Shown here one piece after another: positions 1 to 12,052 of a stretch of 64,000 nucleotides of DNA. How positions within the stretch are numbered: position 1 is the stretch's first letter; the number at the start of each line of letters is the position of its first letter. The notes beneath the pieces were generated by a model. It did no database searches and was not told where the DNA came from. It worked only from the letters and a program-made list of their open reading frames with translations. The position numbers were made by a program, and so were the translations under genes. Source of the DNA: Octopus sinensis (Eukaryota); the NCBI RefSeq assembly GCF_006345805.1, contig NC_043022.1, positions 3,286,001-3,350,000 on the forward strand, given 5' to 3'.

Positions 1-1560
1 ATGTGTGTATTGAGTTCTGTTTATCTTGTTTTCTTCCAAACCTTCATGCACACGCGTATAACAGTAAAAGCCGCTTATTCCCGAGCACGCCGACAATATT
101 GTTATATTCTCTGCTTGATATTATCGACCAGTTATTAATATCTGGAATGACCCATCGCAAAGTGATCACAATAAGCGACTATCACTGTGCGTATGTATGT
201 GAGTGTGTGCCGTGATTTTAGAGTAAGTAATTTAGTGCTTTCTCCATCGAAGAAAAGCAATATTCCTTTTACCTAAAAAGGAAACGGTTAAACAGGACGA
301 ATTAATTAGAGAATTTGGGAGGTTTAGTCAAAGACAAACAAGTTTATCCAAATAATTTATTTCCAAATTAATCACCCAGACGGGGAACTATTCTGGAATG
401 TTGTACGTTTCTACCTGCGATGAAACTACGTCTGAATAAAATATATAAAATAAAATTAAATTAAACATATTTTCTTTAATATATGTTTTTTTCTTCTCTA
501 CTCTACCGTCCACCCATTGTAAACTTGTCTAAAGGTGTGTTTTTTTTAGTTGTCACACAAGCTCTAAGAATTACGAACTACCGGGTACATAATTGATAAA
601 ACGCACCTGAAAAGGTGTGTATATATATGTGTGTGTAAATGTGTATGTGTCTACTTATATATAGACATAGAGACAGACAGACTGACAGAGCTATTGTTGT
701 AATAATCACTCCACAGGTTTGCATTCCATTGCTAACAACCAACAAGCCTACCAGCCAACCAGTAGAATACAGCAATTACTTTTCGTGCAAGAACACGTTT
801 ATTTTCATTTCTTGTCCAACTTATGACCTCATTGGCGATGCCAGAGGTTAAAAAAAACCCCTCTAGTGAGTGATCTTCTTCAACGACCCAGTTTCGATTC
901 TAGCAAGGCTGTTCTCGCTCTTCTCTTGACTTACACGTTACTTTTAGCTTATTCGTGTAATATACACGAATGCCAATACATTCCATATTCTTTCTTCTTC
1001 GTATATTCTCATCTGTTGTGTTTATATAAGAAAGCAATTTTGGCGAGACAGACAAACAGATGCCTCGAAGCAACTAATCGCGTTGCAGCCTCCCGTCGCT
1101 TGACTTTTACGTGTCTGGATGATGCGGGTACGGGTGTGCGGTTATGCGGTTCGTTTCTGAAACACTTGGTTCCGGGTTCGATTATCTCTGTGCCGTAGTA
1201 CCTCGGGTAACCGTCTTCTAATTGACTAAAGTTTCAGATTTATCGAAGCTTTTGTAGCAATATTATTTTCTTCGTTGCTATCTTTCACTGTTTGAGAAAA
1301 GTATTAAGAATGATCTCGTTTGAGATCATTTGAGATAATTCTTTGGTTCTAGTCCTTGTGAGGACTAAACCTCTGACCACACAGAGCATACTCAACCATG
1401 TTTCAGTTCGAAAGGCAGGCGACCACCACAAGCGCGTGTTGCATGCGTACATACGTGCTAACGTTTACAAACTCCCAACATCAACGATTGTAAAATAAAT
1501 CATGTTTATATCTCAAACAGAAGACTTGTTGTCAATCCACTTGTGTTCTATTGTTACTGC

Positions 1561-1931
1561 GTGGAGGCGCAATGGCCCAGTGGTTCGTAGGATCGCGGTT
1601 TCGATTCCCAGACCGGGCTTTGTGAGTGTTTATTGAGCGAAAACACCTAAAAGCTCCACGAGGCTCCGGCAGGGGATGGTGGTGATCCCTGCTGTACTCT
1701 TTCGCCACAACTTTCTCTCGCTCTTACTTCCTGTTTCTGTTGTACCTGTATTTCAAAAGGGCCGGCCTTGTCACTCTCTGTGTCACGCTGAATATCCCCG
1801 AGAACTACGTTAAGGGTACACGTGTCTGTGGAGTACTCAGCCACTTGCACGTTAATTTCACGAGCAGGCTGTTCCGTTGATTCGGATCAACCGGAACCCT
1901 CGTCGTCGTAACCGACGGAGTGCTTCCATCC
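1561..1931 (+). mobile_element. tRNA-derived SINE family A
   Basis: Pol III A/B-box head (TGGCCCAGTGG...GTTTCGATTCC); TSD ATTGTTACTGC at 1550-1560 and 1932-1942; near-identical copies elsewhere in the window. Confidence 0.9.
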
Positions 1932-2382
1932 ATTGTTACTGCATGTATTTATGGCTTGTAATAATTCGTTAAGAGTAGAACCACGGGCGATCGTATCTCC
2001 CACACGATACGACCGCATGTAATCCTATTTCTTACACTTTCTTCGTCAGTGGAATTTGGTAGATGTGTGTTTGTTCCCTTTCGTACATTTCATTATTGTG
2101 TTTACCTGCAACCTCCACGTTGGTTTATCCAGGGGCAGTTGGATGCTCTGCACACACACACACACAGATAGATGAGAGAAAATGGAACGAACGGTATTCT
2201 TTATCTAAACAATGCCGTTCATTCCATTTTCTGTTTATTTATATAACCTATACTATGGAATTCCTGACGTGCATGTAGTAAGCGGGAGCATTTCCACTGT
2301 ATGTTAACATCAGGTAGCCAGTAGCTATGGATGAACTTTGCATAACATTCTGCAAGGTTTTTGTCCAAATTTATTCAACTAA

Positions 2383-2877
2383 TCTCTTATATAAAATCCG
2401 TTCTGTTTGTCTGTCTGTGTGCCTTCTAGGATCTCGGGCATCCTCCATCCGATTGCGCTCAAATTTGATATGTAGATACCGACGCTATCAGGGCGTGTAT
2501 AAGTCTTGGAAAAATTACAAAAATCGATTCCAGGTGAGAATGTGATCGGTAAAGCCGTTTTTGTACTGCTTGAAGGCACGTTTCTTTCCTGCCAAGCTTA
2601 CTGTTTAAACCATGTTTGTGTTCTCCCAGTCAATAGCCTTATCATTACTGGTACTTTAAATTCTTCGGTTGCATATTTGTGTGAATAAAATCGTTTTTCT
2701 TTGGAATAGAAAAAAAGTCTATCTTTTTCTTTTGCTGGTTTCTCACATTTAGGTTAAATCAGTGTTTCTCAAAGGAGAAGCCTATGGGACTATCGGACAA
2801 GTTGTTTTGAGAAAATTTGGTTTAAATGTTTGACAACTCAACACCGTCCATTGGACGGGGGTGGGTAGCTTTGCTCG
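2383..2877 (+). mobile_element. Non-autonomous Helitron-like element
   Basis: 5' A|TCTCTTATATAAAA followed by a TGTC-rich tract; 3' hairpin CCGTCCATTGGACGG then CTCG|T (a CTAG variant). Confidence 0.65.
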
Positions 2878-2881
2878 TATA

Positions 2882-3278
2882 TCTCTATATATAAACGGCA
2901 GTTTGTCTGTCTGTGTGGCTGTCAGGTTGTACCCTCACCCTGACCACGGCTTTCAACCGATTCTGATGAAACTTGACACACACATAGCCCAATGTCATAA
3001 TTCAAAACTAACGCAGCGAAAAGTTTGAAAAGCTCCCCCAGTTCTGAAAAAAATCGATAAATTCGACATGGGGTCGAGAATCTAAGCTTTTTATATGCAA
3101 CACATTTTCTGTCGGGAGATAGCTAGGAACATCGTATACATAGAAGTATTTGAGTGAAGAGAAGACATTGCAACCTACATATGCGCCTTCGTTCCCTAGA
3201 GGGAAAGACTAGATTGGGATTAGTCGTTGCCTACTAGGGGCTCTTACATACCCGGGCAACACCGGGCTATGCTGCTAG
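2882..3278 (+). mobile_element. Non-autonomous Helitron
   Basis: 5' A|TC start; 3' hairpin CCCGGGCAACACCGGG and terminal CTAG|T; no TSD; the 5' ~200 bp is shared with the copy at 8854. Confidence 0.85.
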
Positions 3279-3446
3279 TATATTATATAATTGTTAAACA
3301 AGAATCTTGTTGACTTCAAAGTCACTGTCAACAAGATTCTTGTTTAAGAATAATGAGTTTGTATTCTACAAAAGTATAGTGTAATCCATGGTCCATGGGA
3401 TTAACGTAAAAACAAACATTTATATATATGTGTGTCACCATCATGA

Positions 3447-3745
3447 GGTGCATGGCTCAGTGGTTAGAGCGTTGGGCTTACAATCATGAGGTTGTGAGTT
3501 CGATTCCTGGACCAGGCTGTGTGTTGTGTTCTTGAGCAAGGCATTTTATTTCATGTTGCTCCAAAGCTGTATCGGTCCCTTTGCTTTTTTTCCCTTGGAT
3601 AACATCAGTGGCGTGAAGAGGGGAGGCTGGTATACATGGGTGACTGCTGGTTTTTCACAAACTACCTTGCTTAGACTTGTCCCTCGGAGGGTAACTTTCT
3701 AAGTGCAACCCATGGTCATTCATGACAGAAGGGGGTCTTTATCCT
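3447..3745 (+). mobile_element. tRNA-derived SINE family E
   Basis: GGTGCATGGCTCAGTGGTTAGAGCG...GTTCGATTCC head; similar to the copy at 14717-15052. Confidence 0.8.
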
Positions 3746-4446
3746 TTACCATCATCATTTAACATCTGTGTTCCATGCTGGTATGGATTGGTTGGTTGGT
3801 TTTACTGGATCAGATGCATTCAAGGACTGCGTCATGCTTCAATGGTTGCTTTAGCATGGTTTCCGCTGCTCAGTGCCCTTCATAATGCTAACCACTTTAC
3901 AGGGTGTGCTGGGTGCTTTTTCACATGCCACCTGCACTCCCGAAATTACTACACAGCTTTCAGAACTTCTTATCCTGGAGAGGGCAGAGTTAGCTTCATA
4001 GTAGGGGACAAGGGAATTCAACTGGGAGAAGAAGGGGAATAATAGTACAGGTTTTTTGCCGAGGACCTGCATAGGTACTCGCATCTAATTGGGGAAGAGG
4101 AGAGAAAGAGAAAGAGCTGCAAGAGAGATAATGGCAATGAGGTACCCCAGGGGCCCCACAAGATTCGTGGTGAGTTGAAGAATTGGTTTGCAATTGAAGG
4201 AGAATTAAGGGATTGGAAGGCAGACTGTGAAATTGCAGGAAAAAAGGGTGGATGAGCTGGAGGCAATAAGGGGATGCAGAAGGGGTGGGTGGTCAAGTGA
4301 ATATATTTGTACATATGTATATATGTATGTTGTATGTGTATTTTTTAACGTCTTGTTTTTGTCTTTTATGTTGTATGTCATTTAATGTTTTGCATGTGAG
4401 CCCTTGTGGCCAATAAAAGAATAAATTATTATTATTATTATTATTA

Positions 4447-4915
4447 AGGCTGCATGCTGGGCAAAATACTTGGCAGTATTTCATCTGTCTTTACGTTCCG
4501 AGTTCAAATTCCTCCGAGGTCAACTTTGCCTTTCATCCTTTCAGGGTCGATAAATTAAGTACCAGTTATGCACTGGGGTCAATGTTGTGGACTAGTTCCC
4601 TTCCCCAAAATTTCAAGTCTTGTGCCGATAGTAGAAAGAATTGTTATAATATATTATTATTATTATTATTTTTATTATTATTATCATTATTATTATTATT
4701 ATTAAGGCAGCAAGCTGGCAGAATTATTAGCATGCCAGGTAGAATGCTTAGCAGTATTACGTCCATATTTATGTTCAGAGTTCAAATTCCACCAAAGTCA
4801 ATTTTGTCTTTCATCCTTTGGGGGGTTGATAAGTACTTGTTGAGTATGGGAAACGATGTATCTGTCTTACCCACTTCCTGGAAATTGCTGGCCTTGTGCC
4901 AAAATTTGAAACCAT
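4447..4915 (+). mobile_element. Two degenerate SINE family C copies in (TTA)n
   Basis: GAGTTCAAATTCC B-box and GCCTTTCATCCTTTC..GGTCGATAAATTAAGTACCAG core; flanked by ATT repeats. Confidence 0.75.
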
Positions 4916-5111
4916 TATCATCATTATTCAAGTACTAATGCACTAAACAGAACAGGAGGAGATACGTGGGATGGAGGGTTGCTGAAGAGGTTACAGGTGC
5001 GTGACGAAAGATTTCCAGACAATGGACATAAGATAAAATAACAATAAAAATTCTGAAATAAAGAAGGAATATATAATACATGCAAGTGTTTATTTTGCAA
5101 AATAAAATGAC

Positions 5112-5482
5112 CAGGAGTGGCTGTGTGGTAAGTAGCTTGCTAACCAACCACATGGTTCCGGGTTCAGTCCCACTGCGTGGCACCTTGGGCAAGTGTCTTC
5201 TGCTATAGCCCCAGGCCGACCAATGCCTTGTGAGTGGATTTGGTAGACGGAAACTGAAAGAAGCCTGTCGTATATATGTATATATATATATATGTGTGTG
5301 TGTGTATATGTTTGTGTGTCTGTGTTTGTCCCCCTAGCATTGCTTGACAACCGATGCTGGTGTGTTTACGTCCCCGTCACTTAGCGGTTCGGCAAAAGCG
5401 ACCGATGGAATTAGTACTAGGCGGTGTTCCAGCATGGCCGCAGTCAAATGACTGAAACAAGTAAAAGAGTAAAGTAAAGAGA
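5112..5482 (+). mobile_element. tRNA-derived SINE family B (CORE-like)
   Basis: GGAGTGGCTGTGTGGTAAG head, CCTTGGGCAAGTGTCTT CORE-like motif, internal (TA/TG)n and a GTAAAAGA-repeat tail; internally deleted. Confidence 0.88.
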
Positions 5483-5570
5483 GTATCCCAAAATATTGGG
5501 TTGGGGAATGAGCATTTTTTTCCAAATTTTTCATTTTTATTTGTTTATTTGAATTGACTATGTATGTGTG

Positions 5571-6105
5571 TCGAGGCACATGGCCTAGTGGTTAGAGCAG
5601 TGGACTCGCGGTCGAGGGATCACTGGTTCGAATCTCAGACTGGGCAATGTGTGTGTTTATGAGTGAAACACCTCGGCTCCACGCGGCTCCGGCAGAAGGT
5701 AATAATGAACTTATGCTGACTCTTTTGCCACAACTTTCTCTCACCTGCGACAGACCAGTGTCCCGTCCAGGTGGGGAACCTATATGCCAAGGTAACCGGA
5801 GAACCAGCCCTAACGAGCCAGGCATGGCTCGAGAAAGAGCAAATATGTGTGTGTGTGTTTGTTGTTGTTGTTATGTATGTATGTCCTAGAGGTCTAAATT
5901 CCCATTTTTGAAGCGCGGAAACCAGTAATTCAAAGAGGTCCAGCCTTGTCACATTCTGTGTCACACTGAATCTCCCTAGACCTACATTAAGGGTATATGT
6001 GTCTGTGGAGTACTCAGCCACTTGCACATTAGTTTCACAAGCAGGATGTTCTGTTGATCAAATCAACTGGAACCCTTTGTCGTCATAACCAATGGAGTGC
6101 CAATT
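5571..6105 (+). mobile_element. SINE related to family A (variant or composite)
   Basis: tRNA-like head TGGCCTAGTGGTTAGAGC...GGTTCGAATC, with a family-A 3' part from about 5935. Confidence 0.7.
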
Positions 6106-6169
6106 TCACATGCACAGTATTTACTCTTGACCAGGGTCTCTATGGCCTTTGGGGGCTCCATATAAGATT

Positions 6170-6480
6170 CATCATCATCATCATCATCGTTTAATGTCCA
6201 CTTTCCATGCTAGCCTGGGTTGGGTGATTTGATTGAGGATTAGCGAACCAGATGGCTGCACCAAGCTTCAATCTGATCTGGCAGGGTTTCTACAGCTGGA
6301 TGCCCTTCCTAATGCCAACCACTCCAAGAGTGTAGTGGGTGCTTTTTCATGCCAGTCTTGCGGTACTGGCAATGGCCACGCTCAAATGGTATTTTTTATG
6401 TGCCACCTGCACAGGAGCCAGTCCACTGACAATGACCTCGCTCAAATGTTTTTTCACGTGCCACTGGCACAAGTGCCAGT
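6170..6480 (-). mobile_element. Short retroposon family D ((GAT)n tail, RTE-like 3' end)
   Basis: (CAT)n followed by the conserved CCATGCTAGCATGGGTTGG...GGATGCCCTTCCTAATGCCAACC block, seen many times in the window. Confidence 0.75.
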
Positions 6481-6826
6481 AAGTCGAGAATTTATGTGCA
6501 ATAATAAATTGCTTATACTCCAGAAATACACAAAATATTTTAACGACTTTTCTTATACAATTCCTAATAATATTTAATTACCAAAATATAATGGGATTTT
6601 CTTAAACACTCAATGGCTTTTGGGGTCTGAGTAAAATAGGGATCAAAGGGGTCCATAGGTGAAAAAGGGTTGAGAATGACTGATTAAAGGTAGCTGTGAC
6701 CTCTTCTCTCTCCTCATACACACAAAATATTTTCTTTAGATCATTGGTTCTCAACTAGGGTTCATATGACCCCAGAGTGGGACGGGGTGCATGTAAGATT
6801 TTTGCTGTTAAAATTTATGTCCAACA

Positions 6827-7200
6827 AGGCAGCGAGCTGGATGAAATGCTTTGTGGTATTTCGTCTGCCGCTACGTTCTGAGTTCAAATTCCGCCGAGGT
6901 CGACTTTGCCTTTCATTCTTTTGGGGTCGATTAAATAAGTACCAGTTACGCACTGGGGTCGATATAATCAACTTAATCTGTTTGTCTGTCCTTGTTTGTC
7001 CTCTCTGTATTTAGCCCCTTGTGGGTAGTAAAGAAATAGGTATTTCGTCTGTCTTCACGTTCTGAGTTCAAATTCTACCGAGGTCGACTTTGCCTTTCAT
7101 CCTTTCAGGGTTGATAATTTAAGAACCAGTTGTGTACTGGGGTCGATCTAATCAATTGGCCCCGTCTCCAAACATTTCAGGCTTTGTGCCTAGAGTAGGA
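6827..7200 (+). mobile_element. SINE family C (dimeric or partial)
   Basis: AGGCAGCGAGCTGG head with two copies of the GCCTTTCAT core. Confidence 0.8.
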
Positions 7201-8000
7201 AAAAAAAAAGAAAAAATTCATGTCCAACAAATTGGTTAATGCTTCTACAGTTCATAAAATATTTTGACATTTTTTTATACAATTCCTTATATTTAATAAT
7301 AAATATATAATGAGGTTTTTTTAAATATTGAATTGCTTATGAGGGACCTTCCAAGTAAAATAGAAATGAAAGGGGGTCCATCATCACCATCATCATCGCT
7401 ATCATCATCATCATACATCTGTTTTCAAGCTGGCGTAAGTTTGACGGTTTGGCGTAAGTTTGACGGTTTGGCGTAAGTGTGACGGTTTGACAGGAGCTGT
7501 TCAGCCGGAAAGCTGTCCAGACTCCAATTGTCTGCTTTGACATGGTTTCTACAGCTGGGTGCCCTTCCTAATGCCGACCACCTCACAGAGAGTATTTGGT
7601 GCTTTATATGCGCCACTGGCATTGGTGCATTTACGCAGCACAGCTCCAGCTGATGAAGTTAGCCTCTGACTACCTCCCCTTCACACACACACTCACACTC
7701 GGAGTGTTTACTCTGACGAGTGAGGTTAGCAGTCTTCATACCATCCCTACACACCGTCCTTTACTCTCTCCGTCCATGGCCATTCCAGTGGCCAGCCAAG
7801 TAAACATCCTCTCAACTCCGCTCACTTGTCCAACCACTTTTGTTCTGTTTCGTCAGCTGCAACTTCTTTTCTCGTTTTCATTAAGTATCGTCATTAAGTT
7901 ATTAATTGCACGTGTCTTTGGAGTTCCCTGGCTGTGGGTGTGTGTGGTGGGGGGTCGGATTAGCGTGTAATCTGTGTTTTTCTGTAATTGTAATTAAGGA

Positions 8001-8330
8001 ATGTGTGTGTGTTTTTATGTATATGTTTGTGTGTGTGTGTGTGTGTTTGTTGTGTGTGTGTGTGTTTGTATGATGTATGTGTGTGTTTGTATGTTGTGTG
8101 TGTGTGTGTGTTTGTATGTTGTGTGTGTGTGTTTGTATGTTGTGTGTGTGTGTGTGTTTGTATGTTGTGTGTGTGTGTGTGTTTGTATGTGTGTGTGTGT
8201 GTTTGTATGTTGTGTGTGTGTGTGTGTGTTTGTATGTTGTGTGTGTGTATGTGCTTGTATGTGCTTGTATGTTGTGTGTGTGTTGTTTGTATGTTGTGTG
8301 TGTTTGTATGTTATGTGTGTATGTGTGTGA
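8001..8330. repeat. Compound (TG)n/TTTGTATGT microsatellite
   Basis: Directly visible; source of the C/V- and H/T-rich pseudo-ORFs. Confidence 0.95.
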
Positions 8331-8853
8331 CGAATTATGAGCATTTGTGATTTGATTGCAAAAGTAGTCAATTTATTCGACGAAAACCCTTCAAAGCAGT
8401 GCCCCAGCATGGCCACAGTCCAATGAGGGGAAACAAGTAAATGTTGTGCAGAGTTTGCTGTGTGATTCAGAAGTTTTCTTTGCAACTCCCTGGCTTCAGG
8501 TTCAATCCTACTGTACAGGACCTTAACGCTGGTGCAACCAGGGCCTTCTGAATGGATTTGGTTGATGGAAACAGAAAGAAGCTTGTGTGTGTGTGAGAGA
8601 GAGAGAGAGAAAGAGACCTTGTTTTGACATGACAGGTAAGTTATAATAAACAAGTGTTATGATCATACAAGCTATCTCTTTCATTAAACTGTCACATAAA
8701 ATAAGGTCAAATTTTATGTGTGTGTGTGTTTGTGCGTGTGTGTGTGTGTGTATGTGTATATATATATGCGTGTATGTATCATTGTAATGAAAGCCTTGTC
8801 TGTTTTTTAAGGCTCAATAAAACAATCCAAAAAACAATATCCAATGTGCTTAA

Positions 8854-9229
8854 TCTCTTCTCTCTCTATATAAACGGCAGTTTGTCTGTGTGTCTGTCAG
8901 GTTGTGCCCTCACCCTGACCACGGCTTTCAACCGATTCTGATGAAACTTGACACACACATAGCCCAATGTCATAATTCAAAACTAACGCAGCGAAAATTT
9001 TGAAAAGTTCCCCCAGTTCTGAAAAAAATCGATAAATTCGACATGGGGTCGAGAATCAGAAACACAAACCACAGACTGTCTAGGTGACGCAACTCGACCT
9101 TTTTAACTCACAAAAAAATTTACCATAATTTTTTTCCCATTTTTTTGCTATTTTTTGGCTATAACTCTCTAAAAATGCTTTATAGTTATTTCCCTTACAA
9201 ACCCGAGCAACGCCGGGCGATACTGCTAG
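8854..9229 (+). mobile_element. Non-autonomous Helitron
   Basis: 5' A|TC start; 3' CCCGAGCAACGCCGGG hairpin and CTAG|T end. Confidence 0.85.
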
Positions 9230-9553
9230 TTGTTTAATATAGGTCCCAGTTCTTTTCTCTGACCCTTTCCCATCTGTCAATGAGATTTTTAATATCACAT
9301 TCATAACATTCCCCAGGGTGAGAAGTGAAAAAGGAAATTAACTCTTTTATGACTTCTGCTCTTGAAGCAAGTCTTAATCCACTCAAATGATTTTGTAATC
9401 TTCTAAGGAGATGGTAATCTGTAGATGCAAGATCTAGAGAATATGGTGGATTAGGCATAATTTCTCTGGCATATTTTACTTGGAGATCTTTGGTCTTTTG
9501 TGCAGTATCAGGTCTAGCGTTATCACGATGAAAGATGATTCTCTTTCTGTCTG

Positions 9554-9957
9554 TTAACCCTTTCGTTACCAACCCGGCTGAAACTGGCTCTGGCTCTGTA
9601 GTACAAATGTCTTGTTTTCATAAGTTTTGAGTTAAAATCTTCCACCAAACCTTAGTCACAATTTATGGTCCTAACACAAGCTGAATGATAACTAAGTTAT
9701 TTTACTAAATTCTTTTAACATCCGTTCTCCATGCTAGCATGGGTTGGACGGTTCGACCGGGGATCTGGGAAGCCAGAAGGCTGCACCAGGCTCCAGATAA
9801 GACTGGAGCCTGCTGCAGCCTCTGGCTTCCCAGACCTCCGGTCGAACCGTCCAACCCATGCTAGCATGGAGAATGGACGTTAAACGATGATGATGATTTA
9901 AAGTAATTGAAAAAAATACAGAGCATCTCAAAATGAATACAGTAACAAAAGGGTTAA
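9554..9957. mobile_element. piggyBac-type MITE family P2 (TTAA, CCCTTT..AAAGGG) with a nested foldback retroposon
   Basis: TTAACCCTTT...AAAGGGTTAA ends; homologous to 43125-43337, 51074-51299 and 51387-51615. Confidence 0.8.
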
Positions 9958-10166
9958 TAATGGATGTCTTTGTTGCAAAACTGCTTTCAAATGTGTTGGC
10001 TGCTGGCAATATACATCGCCTGGTCTTCTTTGATGATCATCTGGCAGTCACGATGAATTATTCCACACATATCTCACTATACACTCTGAAGAATCTTCCT
10101 TGGATGTGGGTCACATCTGGGCTGCTGACCTTCCTCTTCACCATGACTGAGCCACTGATGTTTTCA

Positions 10167-10555
10167 CTCTTTACTCTTTTACTCTTTTACCTGTTTCAGT
10201 CATTTGACCGCGGCCATGCTGGAGCACCGCCTTTAGTCGAGCAAATCGACCCCGGGACTTATTCTTTTGTAAGCCCAGTACTTATCCTATCGGTCTCTTT
10301 TGCCGAACTCTAAGTGACAGGGACATAAACACACCAGCATCGATTGTCAAGCAATGCTAGGGGGACAAACACACACACGCATATATATATACATATATAC
10401 GACGGACTTCTTTCAGTTTCCGTCTACCAAATCCACTCACAAGGCTTTGGTCGGCCCGAGGCTATAGCAGAAGACACTTGCCCAAGATGCTACGCGGTGG
10501 GACTGAACCCGGAACCATGTGGTTAGTAAGCAAACTACTTACCACACAGCCACTC
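10167..10555 (-). mobile_element. SINE family B
   Basis: Full-length copy with the 20-bp TSD CTGAGCCACTGATGTTTTCA (10147-10166 and 10556-10575). Confidence 0.92.
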
Positions 10556-11041
10556 CTGAGCCACTGATGTTTTCATTTAAAATTATGGCAAAATATCCAT
10601 TATTCTTCTACAGAAATGTCTCTTTTGCAGCTCACAAGATTGCCGTGATGCACTGCAGTCAGCAAGTTGTTTGCGATTGCCTGCAGACCCCTTTTCCAAC
10701 CTTTGACTCTTTACTAAGCCTTTTAAATTCACAATGAATGGTGGCATGGTTCACACTGAAGCCTGTGCTTAATTCCCAAACCGTAATAGTCAAGATTGCT
10801 TCAACAATGGCTTCCAATGCATCAGGATCCAACCCTCTTGGGGGCCCTTCTATTGATTCAACCTCCAGGCCGAAGTCCCTGTTTCTGAATTATGAAAACC
10901 ATCTTCTACATGTTCTTTCAGTCTCTACGCCAGTGGTTCCCTACCTTTTTGTTTTCAATGAGTTTTCTCACAGACCCCTTTTAATATGCTTATTCTTCTC
11001 TGTGTGTGTGTGTGTGTGTGTATGTATATATATATATATAT

Positions 11042-11269
11042 AGGCGAGCTGGCAGAAATGTTAGCACGCCGGGCGAAATGCTTTGTGGTATTTCATCCGC
11101 CGCTGTGTCCTGAGTTCAAATTCCGCCGAGGTCGACTTTGCCTTTCATCCTTTCGGAGTCGATAAATTAGGTACCAGTTACACACTGGGGTCAATGTAAT
11201 CGACTTAATCCGTTTGTCTGTCCTTGTTTGTCCCCTCTGTGTTTAGCCCCTTGTGGCTAGTAAAGAAAT
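11042..11269 (+). mobile_element. tRNA-derived SINE family C (Nin/Deu-like central domain)
   Basis: GGCGAGCTGGCAGAA head, GAGTTCAAATTCC B-box and GCCTTTCATCCTTTCGG.GTCGATAAA core; inserted in (TA)n. Confidence 0.88.
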
Positions 11270-11341
11270 ATATATATATATTTTTGTAATGAGATAAAAA
11301 AACAAAGTTGAGTAGATTTTAGAACATTTATAGATAGATGG

Positions 11342-11386
11342 TCTTACAGCTATTTCCAGGATATTTATTACTTCCCTTCATCGGAT
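11342..11386 (-). ncRNA. Degenerate minimal hammerhead-ribozyme-like motif
   Basis: Minus strand reads CCGAUGA-A-GGGA..UCCU-G-GAAA-UAGCUG-UA. The core has U4->C and stem I is weak. Confidence 0.4.
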
Positions 11387-11991
11387 ACGGTGTGAGAGGA
11401 TGGTTAAGTAATAGTTAATTTAGATAAGATACAAAATAGATGCGAGATGTGGAGGAAAGAAAATAGATGTGAGATATGTCAGAATATTGTATTTGTAGAT
11501 CCATTTTTTTTAGACAAAATGGTATACATATAAAATTCCAATATTTTATGAGTAAAATCCAACAGTATTTAAAATTGATCATCCCAGGTATATATATATA
11601 TGTGTGTGTGAAACTCTGAATTTAGTTCACGAACCCCCAGTATTACTTTTGTGGACCACTAGGGGTCTGCAGATCCCAGGTTGGGAACCACTGCTCTATG
11701 CTGTCACCATAAGCGTTTTGGAGTGATTTTTCTGCTACACTTTCACTATTTCCCTTTTTAAAATGCATGAGGACCAATGTGACGAATATGTTCTTTGCTT
11801 GGCATGAACATGGGGCCAACACAACAACTTCAGTTTTGATAAAACTTGCAAGAAAATGATATATTAATGATTTCATCAAATTTCAAATAGAATTAATCTA
11901 AATATATATTTATTTGGAAAAAAACAACAACAAAAAGACAGACAGAACTTTTGTCACAACCTGATATAGATCTATGTATGTTGTGTGTATG

Positions 11992-12051
<60 letters not shown>

Positions 12052-12052
<1 letters not shown>

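Larger units (their letters stand above)
10931..11693. mobile_element. hAT (Charlie-like) MITE with nested SINE C and HHR-like element
   Basis: TIR CAGTGGTTCCC/GGGAACCACTG; 8-bp TSD CTCTACGC/CTCTATGC. Confidence 0.85.
9230..11968 (-). pseudogene. Fragmented mariner (DD34D) transposon, interrupted by nested insertions
   Basis: Minus-strand translations: N-terminal HTH HFKKGNSESVAEKSL.NAYG (about 11700-11800); KHQWL...PHPRKIL...GIIH (about 10050-10165); C-terminal FHRDNARP...PPYSLDLASTDYHL...RWERV (9234-9550). These are mariner HDNARPH and YSPDLAPSDY motifs. Outer ends are approximate. Confidence 0.85.

Noticed and set aside
5090-5350. Recurrent ORF family MSSNARGTNTDTQ...CPRCHAVGLNPEPCGW (many copies)
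   Set aside because: It is the antisense reading of SINE family B, not a protein family.
8001-8653. Cys/Val- and His/Thr-rich ORFs
   Set aside because: They are translations of the (TG)n compound microsatellite.
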